From contig CAMCYE010000006.1 of the NCBI GenBank assembly GCA_945883805.1, positions 10,583 through 74,582 on the forward strand: a DNA stretch of 64,000 nt, given 5' to 3'. The notes under the pieces were generated by a model. It made no database searches, had not been told where the DNA came from, and saw only the letters and a program-made list of their open reading frames with translations. The DNA is from Victivallis vadensis (GTDB lineage Bacteria; Verrucomicrobiota; Lentisphaeria; Victivallales; GWF2-50-93). Position numbers and translations under genes: made by a program. Of the stretch, positions 55,116 to 64,000 are shown piece after piece. The stretch's first letter is position 1. Each line of letters begins with the position of its first letter.

Positions 55116-56007
55116 ATTTCCCAAATTCCCCTTTGACTTCGGCGACAAGCTTCATGAAGCGCTGTCCGTACTCGACATAATTCTTGTACATCGCAATCCG
55201 ATTGCTTTCCTCGGAACCTGATTTGTCATGAAAGACTTTGACCATGTGCGGTTCCATGGAGAATCCGCCATCATAACCGCCCTTGAGAAGAGCCTTCACT
55301 ATCTTCCTGACGTCGCCATCCCCATCTCCCGGAAACGTGAAGAGTGGCTTTTCATCAACAATTCGGCAGTCCTTGATATGCACATAGACAATATGCTCCT
55401 TTACAGCATCATAGAACTCCCACGAGCTCTGTTTCCCGTATGGCGGCTTTCCCCTGACGTCGTCTTCAAACACAGGGTTGCCGGTGTCAAAAACAAGTTT
55501 AAGTGCCGGTGAGTTCACTCCCTCTATGAGATGGAGCGTGTGCTCATAAGAAAGACCTCCCCACGAACTGCAATTCTCATGGACGAGGGTTATCCCTGAA
55601 TCTTCAGCCATCTTTGCAATCACCTTAATCCGTTTGACGGCTTCATCCTGAAGCTGGGCACTTTTCGCATAAAGCTCCTTGGGAACCATAAAACTCATAA
55701 TGCGTATAAGCTTTGTACCGAGTTTCTGCATTCTCGGAATTGCCTTCCGCATTTCCTCGTAGCTGGAGTCGGGTGGCTCTGCGATCGGTTTCCCCCAGTT
55801 GCCGATACCGCTGCCAAAACAGTTGAAACCTATGCCCTCTTTTTCAAGCTTGGCGCATACTTCATCGAACTGGCTGTCGGTTATTGAAGCCAGATTCCCG
55901 TCGTAAAGCCTGCGTGTCTCTATCTGGTTCCAACCGAGTTCCTTGGTGCCCTCAATCTGACCTTCAAAATCCCTTGACGCCTCATCTGCAAATCCTGTAA
56001 AATACAT
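55114..56007 (-). CDS. sugar phosphate isomerase/epimerase (xylose isomerase-like TIM barrel)
   Basis: N-terminus MYFTGFADEAS and a 297-aa TIM-barrel pattern with conserved His/Asp/Glu positions (HENCS, VHIKD). It lies next to a Gfo/Idh/MocA gene. Confidence 0.75.
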   Translation of the reverse strand: MYFTGFADEASRDFEGQIEGTKELGWNQIETRRLYDGNLASITDSQFDEVCAKLEKEGIGFNCFGSGIGNWGKPIAEPPDSSYEEMRKAIPRMQKLGTKLIRIMSFMVPKELYAKSAQLQDEAVKRIKVIAKMAEDSGITLVHENCSSWGGLSYEHTLHLIEGVNSPALKLVFDTGNPVFEDDVRGKPPYGKQSSWEFYDAVKEHIVYVHIKDCRIVDEKPLFTFPGDGDGDVRKIVKALLKGGYDGGFSMEPHMVKVFHDKSGSEESNRIAMYKNYVEYGQRFMKLVAEVKGEFGK

Positions 56008-56024
56008 TTCCCAGCTCTCCTTTA

Positions 56025-57188
56025 TTATTTCCCAAATGAATCCTTGAGATCAACCGCAGTTGTTTTGACTGTTTTTTTCTTGAACTTCGAGTTTTTGATC
56101 AGCCCCTTTAATAAAACTTCATAAGCCTTTGCGTCAAGAGGCATGGTGACAGTTTTATCCTTCATTGAAGAATAAAGCATGGCGTTTCCCAGCTCGACGG
56201 AATTTATGCCCTCTTCGCCTCGAACCAGCAGTTCGGCGCCGTCAAGAATCGCATCCACAAAGTTTTCAGTTATCTTCTGGTGTGCCGGTGACGAATCCCG
56301 CTCATGATACGGGATTTCTACATTCCACATCTGCGGGGGTTCAAAAGTCTTGTCTGTATTCTTACAGTATTTGGAAATGGATTGCTCTGTCCGGGTGAAT
56401 AGAATCTTCCCGTTTTCAACAATGACACGTCCGCGGTCGCATGTTATCTCAAGCCTGTTTGTACCGGGGGCGTCACCGGTCGAGGTTATGAAAACACCTG
56501 TCGCCCCGTTGCGGAATTCGCAATATGCGGTGACATCGTCCTCAACTTCGATATCATGGTATTTGCCCATAGCGCAGAACGCCCTGACCTTTGTAGGCAT
56601 CCCGAAGAGCCACTGGAAAAGGTCGAGGTTGTGCGGACACTGGTTGAGAAGGACGCCGCCGCCCTCACCGCCCCAAGTGGCGCGCCATCCGCCGGAATCG
56701 TAATATCTCTGGGTTCTGAACCAGTTTGTAATGATCCAGTTGACTCGTTTTACCTCGCCGAACTCACCCGCATCAAGCAGCTGTTTGAGTTTTCTGTATA
56801 TGCCGAGAGTCCTCTGCTGGAACATCGCCGAGAAAAGAACCTTCTTATTCTTCTTGTGGGCGTCAATCATCTTCTGCGCATCGGCCTTGTGGACAGCTAC
56901 CGGCTTTTCGGTGAGGACATGAACACCGGCCTTGAATGCTTCAACTGCAAAAGTGGTGTGATCATAATGCGGGGTGGCAATCAGCACGGCGTCTATATCG
57001 CCGGAATTGAGCATCTTAACTCCGTCATAATACGCCTTAGCTGAGTTTTTCTCGGCCGCAGCGTCAACCTTGACCTTATCCAAGTCGCAAAGTGCGACCA
57101 GTTTCACCCTTGGGATGTTCTTTATGAACCCGATATGGGCTGACCCCATTCCCCCGACACCGATGATTCCAAATCTAACTTCTTTCAT
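56025..57188 (-). CDS. Gfo/Idh/MocA-family oxidoreductase
   Basis: Rossmann N-terminus VRFGIIGVGGMGSAHIG, EKP motif LTEKPVA, and a typical C-terminal dimerisation domain. Confidence 0.88.
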   Translation of the reverse strand: MKEVRFGIIGVGGMGSAHIGFIKNIPRVKLVALCDLDKVKVDAAAEKNSAKAYYDGVKMLNSGDIDAVLIATPHYDHTTFAVEAFKAGVHVLTEKPVAVHKADAQKMIDAHKKNKKVLFSAMFQQRTLGIYRKLKQLLDAGEFGEVKRVNWIITNWFRTQRYYDSGGWRATWGGEGGGVLLNQCPHNLDLFQWLFGMPTKVRAFCAMGKYHDIEVEDDVTAYCEFRNGATGVFITSTGDAPGTNRLEITCDRGRVIVENGKILFTRTEQSISKYCKNTDKTFEPPQMWNVEIPYHERDSSPAHQKITENFVDAILDGAELLVRGEEGINSVELGNAMLYSSMKDKTVTMPLDAKAYEVLLKGLIKNSKFKKKTVKTTAVDLKDSFGK

Positions 57189-57371
57189 CTTCGTTCTCCC
57201 ATGTTATTAATACGACTTCACTGCCGGCGTTTCCGACAAGCCACTCAAGCCCTTTCCTTATGCCTTCTTTCGCGTCTGTGACGATGTGGTCGAAATTGGC
57301 GTAATTCTTCCCGATCAGAAGCTGCGGAACTCCGGCATGTGTTTCTGAAGTTCTAAAACGGGCTTCCTTGC

Positions 57372-59411
57372 TTACTTAAATCCCGGCCTATCTTCCATCA
57401 GCACCTCGAGCTTCTGATCGGGGCTGTATTTTTGCAGGTACTTATTGCTGGTGCTGACATAGGAGTCGCTAATCGCGAAGGGATAGTCCTTCTTAATCAG
57501 TGTAATTTCCTTCCAGACTTCCTTCCATTTGGCCTGTGCGGCAGCCTTGGCATCGGCATCCTTGCCGCCTGCCTTCGCCATCCGGTCGATGAACGGCTGC
57601 ATCTCCAGCATCAGGCGCAGGTAATCCAAACCGGCGCGCACGAAAGCGACGCGCTTGCCGAATTTTTCATCCCCGCTGGCGGCCTCTTTTGCCGCCCGGT
57701 CGAGCCGGGCATATGCGTCATCGAGGAATTCCTTGTTCCAGACCTCCCTCTCCGGCTTGCCCTCGTATCCGATCCGTGTCGCGGCGTTCCCGATTACATC
57801 CCAGTAACCGATCATCGTCTTAGCCGCCGGGCCGAAGGCGCGCTGGTAATAGTCGGCAAGGATTGCCTCGCCATCGGCATATGGGTTCCATGCCATCTGC
57901 GCGAGCATGTAGTAGTGCGGCCCCTGGCTCGCCCAGCACCCGAAGATCCAGTCCATGGCTACTCCGATCACTTTATGTTCGGCCACGAACCGCAAATCCT
58001 CGATGACACGGTGCGGCGCCACATTGGGCAGTCCGGCCTTCCAGCCTGCGGCGGAGCTCAGGTTAGGACGCCAGATGAGGTTCGGCGCGATCTTGCTCCA
58101 CTGGACGAACCATTCGCGCTCTTGATCGTTGGGCTGGTTGTGAAAACTCCACACGCCGGAGACGAGAACGTTGTCGTCGGGGACCGCCTTTACTGGCGGG
58201 AGACGCGACACGCCGTAGGCCATGGCGGATACGAAAAGGTCCTTCCGGTCGGGAAAGCGTTCGCGGAGCTTCCGCGCCTGGGTGTTGGCAAAGGTAATCT
58301 GCCGGTCGGACATGGCTACGTATTCCCGCATGTGTCCTTTGATGACGTAGCGAAACGGCTCTGCGTCCGGATTGTCCCAGGCGCGACATTTTTTGCATGT
58401 GCAGTAGCCGTATGTCCAGCCGTCATTGGCGTTGGCACCGAAGACGCGGCTGTTGGGATCCTTCTTCAACTGCTCATCGACATCGGCCAGCCACTGGTTC
58501 CAGACCGCCGGGCTCGACTTGCAGATCTTGACTGTCCGGCCGTCCGGTCCGCCGCGGGTGCCGTCCGGCTGCAGCGCGAAGTACTCGGGGTGGGTCTTGT
58601 GGAAGCGGTCCCACCAGGTACTGAATGGATGCCCCGGGTTGAATGAGAGGGAATCTAACTGCAAGCGCTGGAACCGGCTCCATTCGTGCCCAACCATCTG
58701 CTTCTCCAGTGGGTAGATCATAAAGAGGAGGTGGCGGCTGCGGATCTGCGGGTGGTAGCTGTACTGGAACCGAGCGAAGGCGATCGTCTTGCGCTTCAGG
58801 ATATCCTCGCCCACTGCTCCGGGCCAGAGCCAGCGCACGCCGAGACAGTCCTGAAGGAAGGTGTACACCGCGTTCACGGTGCCGTATTCCTGCTGCACTC
58901 CGACGATCTCCTTCCCTTTGCGGTCTGTCATGGTCATGTGCTCCGGATCCCAGCGATCCCGGCCGGCGATGACCAGGTGGTTCTCGTTGGCAACGATAAG
59001 GATCTCTTCGGGATTCTTGAAGTCAAAATCGACCTTGGGGAAAAGTTCCTTGAGCTTTGGCTGGTAGCCGACCCAGATGGCATGAGCCGGCGTCGGCTGC
59101 GGATCTCCTTCGATGACCTGCGGCTTAGCGCCGCTGGTCTTCTCAATGTACTGCGCGAGTTCGTCTGCGGCGCGGCGCGTGAACGGCGGTGCGTCCTTGA
59201 AAACGATAATCGGAACCCGGCTGACGCCGTTTTCAACGAGAACCAGTCCCTTTCCGTCCGCTGTTGCGGAGGGCAATTTCTCGGCGGCCCAAAGATCGCC
59301 AGCTCCGATAAGAAGCGAAAGTACCAACGCCACCTTCGCCATGAAAGGGTAAAATGATTTATTTTCAGTACTCTCTGTCGATGATTCTGAATTTTCTTTT
59401 TTGTTAAACAT
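57372..59411 (-). CDS. DUF4838-like secreted protein (putative glycoside hydrolase)
   Basis: N-terminal signal/anchor FYPFMAKVALVLSLLIGAGDLWA. Segments HPFSTWWDRFHKTHPEYFA and ADYYQRAFGPAA resemble DUF4838 proteins. It is a paralog of the partial gene at 62988..64000. Confidence 0.5.
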   Translation of the reverse strand: MFNKKENSESSTESTENKSFYPFMAKVALVLSLLIGAGDLWAAEKLPSATADGKGLVLVENGVSRVPIIVFKDAPPFTRRAADELAQYIEKTSGAKPQVIEGDPQPTPAHAIWVGYQPKLKELFPKVDFDFKNPEEILIVANENHLVIAGRDRWDPEHMTMTDRKGKEIVGVQQEYGTVNAVYTFLQDCLGVRWLWPGAVGEDILKRKTIAFARFQYSYHPQIRSRHLLFMIYPLEKQMVGHEWSRFQRLQLDSLSFNPGHPFSTWWDRFHKTHPEYFALQPDGTRGGPDGRTVKICKSSPAVWNQWLADVDEQLKKDPNSRVFGANANDGWTYGYCTCKKCRAWDNPDAEPFRYVIKGHMREYVAMSDRQITFANTQARKLRERFPDRKDLFVSAMAYGVSRLPPVKAVPDDNVLVSGVWSFHNQPNDQEREWFVQWSKIAPNLIWRPNLSSAAGWKAGLPNVAPHRVIEDLRFVAEHKVIGVAMDWIFGCWASQGPHYYMLAQMAWNPYADGEAILADYYQRAFGPAAKTMIGYWDVIGNAATRIGYEGKPEREVWNKEFLDDAYARLDRAAKEAASGDEKFGKRVAFVRAGLDYLRLMLEMQPFIDRMAKAGGKDADAKAAAQAKWKEVWKEITLIKKDYPFAISDSYVSTSNKYLQKYSPDQKLEVLMEDRPGFK

Positions 59412-59429
59412 CTCGACTCCTTTGACGAA

Positions 59430-61118
59430 TTATTCCCAGTTGTTTTTCACAAGATCCCGAATATGCGGACTTCCTTCATAAGCGCCATCCTGATTAATTT
59501 TAAAAACACTTGCTGTTTCATATAAATTATAACAGGTGATGTGAGGATGGTTTTTGACCCAATCCATTTCAAAAGCGAGAAATCGATGTGGCTTTTCATA
59601 ATGCGTTACAGCACCACTTTGTCCGCTTTGGTAAATGAAGGGTTTACCGGCCTCCGTCACGACGTAACCGAAATGATCGATAATTTCTTTTGCATTGTGG
59701 AATTTAAAAAAGTTGGTCTTATGGAATTCCGTATAATCAACAATTTCACGCACCCATCTTTCCCAGTTCCAGACAAAGTTGCTTGGTTTTGTCGTGGCCA
59801 TTATTCTGTCTGGGGATCGCAGTATAAGTCCGCACAGATGAACGCCGATTTCCTTTCCATTGCTGTGCAGCAGTGCGGCGGCATCCTCCATAAAAGTATC
59901 AAAGGCTTTGCCGCTGACAACTGCGGCTTCATATACGTCATCCTTGTTTTTAAGTTTTTCAATGACGGGGTCATTAAAGCCGTATGCCCATGGTTCATTC
60001 ATGCCGCCATGGCGGGATACCCTGATATTAACGCCATCGACGCCACGGTCGATGCAATACTGAATATCAGCAAGCCAGCTTTGCCGTACTTCCGGGTATA
60101 TCGGGTGCAAGGCGCCAGGGTGCTGCATGGGTTTTCCCCGGCAGACACAAATCACCCCCGTGTTTTCACTGTCGATGGTAAAGATTTCCCACTGCGGCTC
60201 AAAGCGATACATCCCCTTGCAATTTTCCTCAAAGTGCTTGTTAAAAGTATCAAAGTCTTTAAGAAGTTCCTTAACCTCAGGCTTATTCAGGTAATCGGTA
60301 ACACCTATGTCGGAAACATTTTTAGCGGTCGTGTACATTTTTTTCGGATCAGGGTTTATAGTTGAAGGTGCTGAGGGGATTGTCTCGCTCCTGTCATTTA
60401 CCAGTTCAACTATACTTTCGATATGGTTGGAAAAACTCCCGTTCTTTCTCAGTTTATTACAGCGCACTTCAACATATTTTACATCTTCTGGCAGATCAAA
60501 ACCCTTGAAACTCAGGAGTGTGCTTAATTTATCGTCATACGGATAGTATAATTTCCATTCTTTAGAGACAGAGGTTTCAAGCTTTCCTTCATATTTTTTA
60601 AAGTTGCCATTTGTGCTGCTGTACCAGAAGGAAATGTCATCCGGGCTGAATTGGATTTCATTTTCATCAAATTTCACAAGCCTAATTTCCGCAAGCTTCC
60701 CGCCAGGATCTTCTCCGTCGCCTTTTCTTCGCGCGATTCGATACTGCGGGTTCTCTGCAACAAATTTGCGCACAGAATGCACTATCCCGTTTTCATTTTT
60801 GATAATCCGGTCATCAGCAGAATGGGGAAAGCTAAATGGCAGAGAGGAGTACAATCCGCTTTCAAAAGGCTTATAAACCACGTCGAAGCGCATTCCGTTG
60901 CGATGAGCTGAATCACAGGCGACTTTCAGCAAATCATATTTGACAGGCCCGCTTTTTTCATAGATATTCCACAAGGTATCCAGTATCCATTCGAAGCGTG
61001 TCGCCCCTAGGGAAGCGGCATACCGCATCATGTCTTCTATATGGCTTTCAGTTAAAATTGTTTTACAAAATAGAAAGTCATCATAAATATCACTTGTAAC
61101 GCATAACTCTCTTTTCAT
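59430..61118 (-). CDS. hypothetical protein, possibly a glycoside-hydrolase-like TIM barrel with an inserted domain; no signal peptide
   Basis: 562 aa. The segment HPIYPEVRQSWLADIQYCIDRGVDGVNIRVSRHGG resembles GHL10-type (P.V..Y......VDG..D) motifs. The assignment is weak. Confidence 0.35.
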   Translation of the reverse strand: MKRELCVTSDIYDDFLFCKTILTESHIEDMMRYAASLGATRFEWILDTLWNIYEKSGPVKYDLLKVACDSAHRNGMRFDVVYKPFESGLYSSLPFSFPHSADDRIIKNENGIVHSVRKFVAENPQYRIARRKGDGEDPGGKLAEIRLVKFDENEIQFSPDDISFWYSSTNGNFKKYEGKLETSVSKEWKLYYPYDDKLSTLLSFKGFDLPEDVKYVEVRCNKLRKNGSFSNHIESIVELVNDRSETIPSAPSTINPDPKKMYTTAKNVSDIGVTDYLNKPEVKELLKDFDTFNKHFEENCKGMYRFEPQWEIFTIDSENTGVICVCRGKPMQHPGALHPIYPEVRQSWLADIQYCIDRGVDGVNIRVSRHGGMNEPWAYGFNDPVIEKLKNKDDVYEAAVVSGKAFDTFMEDAAALLHSNGKEIGVHLCGLILRSPDRIMATTKPSNFVWNWERWVREIVDYTEFHKTNFFKFHNAKEIIDHFGYVVTEAGKPFIYQSGQSGAVTHYEKPHRFLAFEMDWVKNHPHITCYNLYETASVFKINQDGAYEGSPHIRDLVKNNWE

Positions 61119-61177
61119 TGGAAAAACCTTTCTTGTTGTCGTGCAGAATCAGTACAATGCGGATATATCCCTTGGAC

Positions 61178-62932
61178 TCACACTTTTTTTACACTATTAA
61201 TAACCTGTGCAATATCAACACGCTGGAAACGCAACCTGTGATATTTTTCGGCCTCGTAAAGCACTCCGACTTTTCCCTCGGGCAATGCCACCAGAGCAAG
61301 GTTGGCGGCTGAACCTTCGTCAATCACCTGGGATATAGGCCAGGTTTTGCAGTCATCCAAACTTACCATAACAGTCAGTTTTGTTTTATCTGCTGCCGGA
61401 CCACAACAGATAATCGGACGGACTTTACCTTTGCCTGCAATTTCAATAGGTTCACATGCCACAATTTCACCCTGCCCATAAATAGGTATGGCAGGTTCGT
61501 AGCGTTTTTCTGAAAAAGTTTCTCCGCCATCTTCGCTAATAAGGAACTTTCTGCCTAGTTTCTCATCCCTATGGCGGGGGCTTACAATAAGCCGCCCATC
61601 AGAAAGCTCCGCTATTGAAGGCTCACCATTTTTATCTGCGACATGATATGCACCCGGCTGCCAGGTTTTTCCGTGATCGTCAGAGAAAATCAGGCAAACA
61701 ACATTTCTTCCGTAAAGCGCTGCTATCAGACGGCCTTTGTATTTGCCAAGACGGAACTGTATAGCGCTGTTGCCTGTACCTGATGTGAGATCTTTCCAGT
61801 CCCCGGAAAACGACCCGGAAAGGAAGCGGGGTTCCGACCAGGTTTTGCCATCATCTTTTGAAGATATGACATACGGCCCTCTTGTAAACAGGAAGATTTC
61901 ACCAGTATCATGGTCATACACCGGAGAAGGGTCGCGGGCTTCATAGGTAAAGCCTTTTTCAAGCTGAGGGATTATAGTCTGTTCCGACCATGTCCGGCCG
62001 CCGTCGTCTGAACTTTTCATCGCACAGTGAAGCTCTGCCGACAGGATCTCCCTGCCTGTATTAACATGGAATTCCCAGCCGCGTGACAGAAAGGAACGGC
62101 GTGCTTCGGAAAAAGCAAGCAAACGACCACCCGGTGTCATACAGACCGAGGGAATACGGTAGATTCCATACCCTTCGGAGTTGATTTTCCAGGCATCGCT
62201 GGCCGGAAAAACAGGAGCGGTAAAGCATCCTTCTGCGTAAAAATCATGGATCTTTATTGTGCCATAATCGGGTAAAAACCCTATGCTTATTGGCCAGCCC
62301 GTATCACCACTGCGTCCGGCAGAGATTATATCTCCCAGCTTAACCGACATACTGTAACCGTTACTGCCATTGCGTCCAGCCAAGGGCGCAATTTGTTCCT
62401 CGAAGGGAATGCAGAAAATCTTCTGCTTGTTTATCTCAAGAGTCAACTCATTTCCCTGCCGGAAAATGTCAACATCAAACGGCTTTCCTTCTTCGATATA
62501 ATCACGGCTAGAACCAAAAATCTGCTTCTCTGACATGGTTTCGTCAGAATGCCAGTATTTTCTCGGGTTGGCCCCGCCATAAACAATGTACGTGTCTTTG
62601 TCAACTTTCTCCTTCAATGAAGGTCTAGTGTCCTGATCGAAGCATATCCGGAATGTATAATTACCCTGCGCCCTGGACCAATTGTAATGATAGTGACCGC
62701 CCAAAAGCATAGACACGCCAGTACCGGCCAAGCGGTCAAGGGTTATCTTGGCATGAATGTGAAAGTCACTTTCATCCAGTGAAGCATCTGCAAACAGCGG
62801 ATTACCCCAGCGTTCGTCCCGCAGCACGACAAGTGCACCGCCTTCATGGCGGCACCGGTTACCATCACCGGCTATAACACCTACAGGTTCGCCGTTTTTA
62901 ATAAAAACTTTCTTTTCCTTTTTCGTAGACAT
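61178..62932 (-). CDS. exo-alpha-sialidase (GH33, BNR repeats) with ~270-aa N-terminal extra domain
   Basis: YRIPS motif (GIYRIPSVCMTPGGRLLAFSEARR). Five Asp-box/BNR repeats (SSDDGGRTWS, SKDDGKTWS, SDDHGKTWQ, SEDGGETFS, SLDDCKTWP). I preferred the ATG at 62932; the longest ORF starts at 63010. Confidence 0.85.
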   Translation of the reverse strand: MSTKKEKKVFIKNGEPVGVIAGDGNRCRHEGGALVVLRDERWGNPLFADASLDESDFHIHAKITLDRLAGTGVSMLLGGHYHYNWSRAQGNYTFRICFDQDTRPSLKEKVDKDTYIVYGGANPRKYWHSDETMSEKQIFGSSRDYIEEGKPFDVDIFRQGNELTLEINKQKIFCIPFEEQIAPLAGRNGSNGYSMSVKLGDIISAGRSGDTGWPISIGFLPDYGTIKIHDFYAEGCFTAPVFPASDAWKINSEGYGIYRIPSVCMTPGGRLLAFSEARRSFLSRGWEFHVNTGREILSAELHCAMKSSDDGGRTWSEQTIIPQLEKGFTYEARDPSPVYDHDTGEIFLFTRGPYVISSKDDGKTWSEPRFLSGSFSGDWKDLTSGTGNSAIQFRLGKYKGRLIAALYGRNVVCLIFSDDHGKTWQPGAYHVADKNGEPSIAELSDGRLIVSPRHRDEKLGRKFLISEDGGETFSEKRYEPAIPIYGQGEIVACEPIEIAGKGKVRPIICCGPAADKTKLTVMVSLDDCKTWPISQVIDEGSAANLALVALPEGKVGVLYEAEKYHRLRFQRVDIAQVINSVKKV

Positions 62933-62987
62933 CAATATCCCTTTCTTTTGGGCATCTGTTAATATGCCTTTAATTTTTACCTGTCCA

Positions 62988-64000
62988 TCATCTAGGCACC
63001 AGTTTTCCAAACTTCATGACTTCATGAAATCCAGCTGTTTCAGTTGGCGAAAATGTTGACATTTCCCTGGTTTCACGACTGCGATTTCGGCCGACATTAA
63101 AATACCACGGCATATCTTTGCTAGGCTTATCTCCTGAGATCCCGAAGAAAGGCAGCAACTCATCCTGGCCTGATCCAAGAACGGGAATTTTCACCTCAAT
63201 ACTCCAGAAGTTATCGCCCTTAAAAGCGGCCGATTCAATTCCGGCTTTCCATTTTGTTTCAATCTTCCCTTTCATTCCAAGGCTGGCACCACTTCGTTTA
63301 ATATCATTCATATTTCCTTTGGGGTCAAAAGCAAGCTGATAGTATGAGATGCTAGGGCTTTCCAGAAGTATCTCAACAGAATCGCCATTGAAAATACTAT
63401 TATCATCATCCTTAACCGCAGGGGCAATGATTCCGGCAATGTCCGCTTCTTCGCAGCGTACACCGAAATAAATGCTGTCCCCTGCGTAGAACACCTTGAA
63501 TGTAGTACCTTGCTTTATGACCATCTTGTCATGGACAGGGCTCAAATTGTAAGACTCCAAATCCTTCCAGAAAGCTTCATCCATTTTCCCGTCGAGTTTA
63601 ATGTCGACTTTATCAAATCCCTTAAAAGTGGCAACTGGGTTTTGACTACGGCCTATCTTCAATTTAGCTCTAATCTCTTCAAGAGGTTTAATATAATCGG
63701 CAACCATCTGAACACGGCGAGCGTATATATTGTCACTGCCGGCAGCTTTTTGGGCAACCTTTATAAGCTCAAAAGCTTTTTCAATCGGCTCGTATTCAAT
63801 ACGCATCAGATGCCAGTTTTTTTCACAATGTTCGATAAAGGCTTTCATTTCACTGGCTGCAGGCCCGTAGAAAGCCTTATAGTATTCAGTCATCATTTTA
63901 TCAACGTCCTGGTCGGAATCCCACCAGAGACGGGTAGTTAACCAGATGTTTACATGGTTGGTGGCAAGGAGCGGGTCAGGCTGCCCTTTATTCTGTATGG
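62988..64000 (-). CDS. DUF4838-like protein with C-terminal CBM9/DOMON-like domain (5' end outside the window)
   Basis: The frame stays open upstream of the first Met to the window edge (...IQNKGQPDPLLATNHVNIWLTTRLWWDSDQDVDKMM...). TEYYKAFYGPAA is paralogous to 57372..59411. CBM9-like segment DSIYFGVRCEE...FNGDSVEILLES...YYQLAFDPKG. Confidence 0.6.
   Translation of the reverse strand, partial: IQNKGQPDPLLATNHVNIWLTTRLWWDSDQDVDKMMTEYYKAFYGPAASEMKAFIEHCEKNWHLMRIEYEPIEKAFELIKVAQKAAGSDNIYARRVQMVADYIKPLEEIRAKLKIGRSQNPVATFKGFDKVDIKLDGKMDEAFWKDLESYNLSPVHDKMVIKQGTTFKVFYAGDSIYFGVRCEEADIAGIIAPAVKDDDNSIFNGDSVEILLESPSISYYQLAFDPKGNMNDIKRSGASLGMKGKIETKWKAGIESAAFKGDNFWSIEVKIPVLGSGQDELLPFFGISGDKPSKDMPWYFNVGRNRSRETREMSTFSPTETAGFHEVMKFGKLVPR

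Noticed and set aside
57189-57371. Open minus-strand frame (..ETHAGVPQLLIGKNYANFDHIVTDAKEGIRKGLEWLVGNAGSEVVLITWENEDERS) between the DUF4838-like and Gfo/Idh/MocA genes
   Set aside because: It looks protein-like but has no start codon and no motif I recognise, and it is under 60 codons. It is possibly a gene relic, but I cannot support it as a feature.
57432-58646. 404-aa ORF on the plus strand, opposite the DUF4838-like gene
   Set aside because: It lies entirely within a longer minus-strand gene that has a signal peptide and a paralog in the window. Its translation is Arg/Gly/Pro-rich, as expected for an antisense frame in GC-richer DNA.
1-64000. Search by eye for tRNA, rRNA, tmRNA, transposase, integrase, restriction-modification or cas genes
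   Set aside because: None were recognised. No ORF shows DDE, tyrosine-recombinase or Cas motifs, and no cloverleaf-like segment with a GGTTCGAATCC-type T-loop was seen. tRNAscan and Infernal would be needed to exclude small RNAs.

Overview
64-kb chromosomal window with about 46 protein genes. I recognised no rRNA, tRNA, CRISPR array, transposase or integrase. The lineage is probably a PVC-superphylum bacterium (Lentisphaerota, Kiritimatiellota or Verrucomicrobiota-like). This is inferred from an H-X9-DG prepilin-type protein, DUF4838-like genes and a BNR sialidase locus.

Gene content, left to right:
- cstA (partial), phosphomannomutase/phosphoglucomutase, PIG-L deacetylase.
- tatA next to a compact Tat-exported [NiFe]-hydrogenase operon (small subunit, large subunit, maturation protease).
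- lolC/E-lolD-mcsA-mcsB.
- Two large sensor kinases, then an orphan XRE regulator.
- A minus-strand block: nusA-infB-rbfA, flavin reductase, nrnA, then an uncharacterised HEAT / 820-aa membrane protein / ABC ATPase / ABC-2 permease module.
- rpsT, a PHP phosphoesterase, a MetH-activation-domain-like protein, a URO-D-like protein, AraC, an SDR epimerase.
- FHA-GGDEF, SWIM-SNF2 helicase, aminotransferase.
- A small-protein plus nucleotidyltransferase-fold pair (toxin-antitoxin-like).
- dnaE, a TrmH-like methyltransferase.
- A glycan-utilisation locus: IclR, pilin-like protein, discoidin-domain protein, FAD oxidoreductase, Gfo/Idh/MocA, sugar-phosphate isomerase, two DUF4838-like paralogs, GH33 sialidase.

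The most unusual signals are non-coding:
- Nearly every larger spacer carries degenerate tandem arrays of 7-8-nt words. They are often arranged as inverted pairs and mixed with conserved modules repeated at distant loci, giving a mosaic, STRR/BIME-like repeat system.
- Some arrays abut start or stop codons, for example (CAACTAT)x8 fused to an ATG.

The best gene-level candidate for an undescribed system is the AT-rich two-gene NTase-fold module at 42.7-43.9 kb, which has a triple palindromic operator array.

Everything here was read by eye. No database searches or computed statistics were available.
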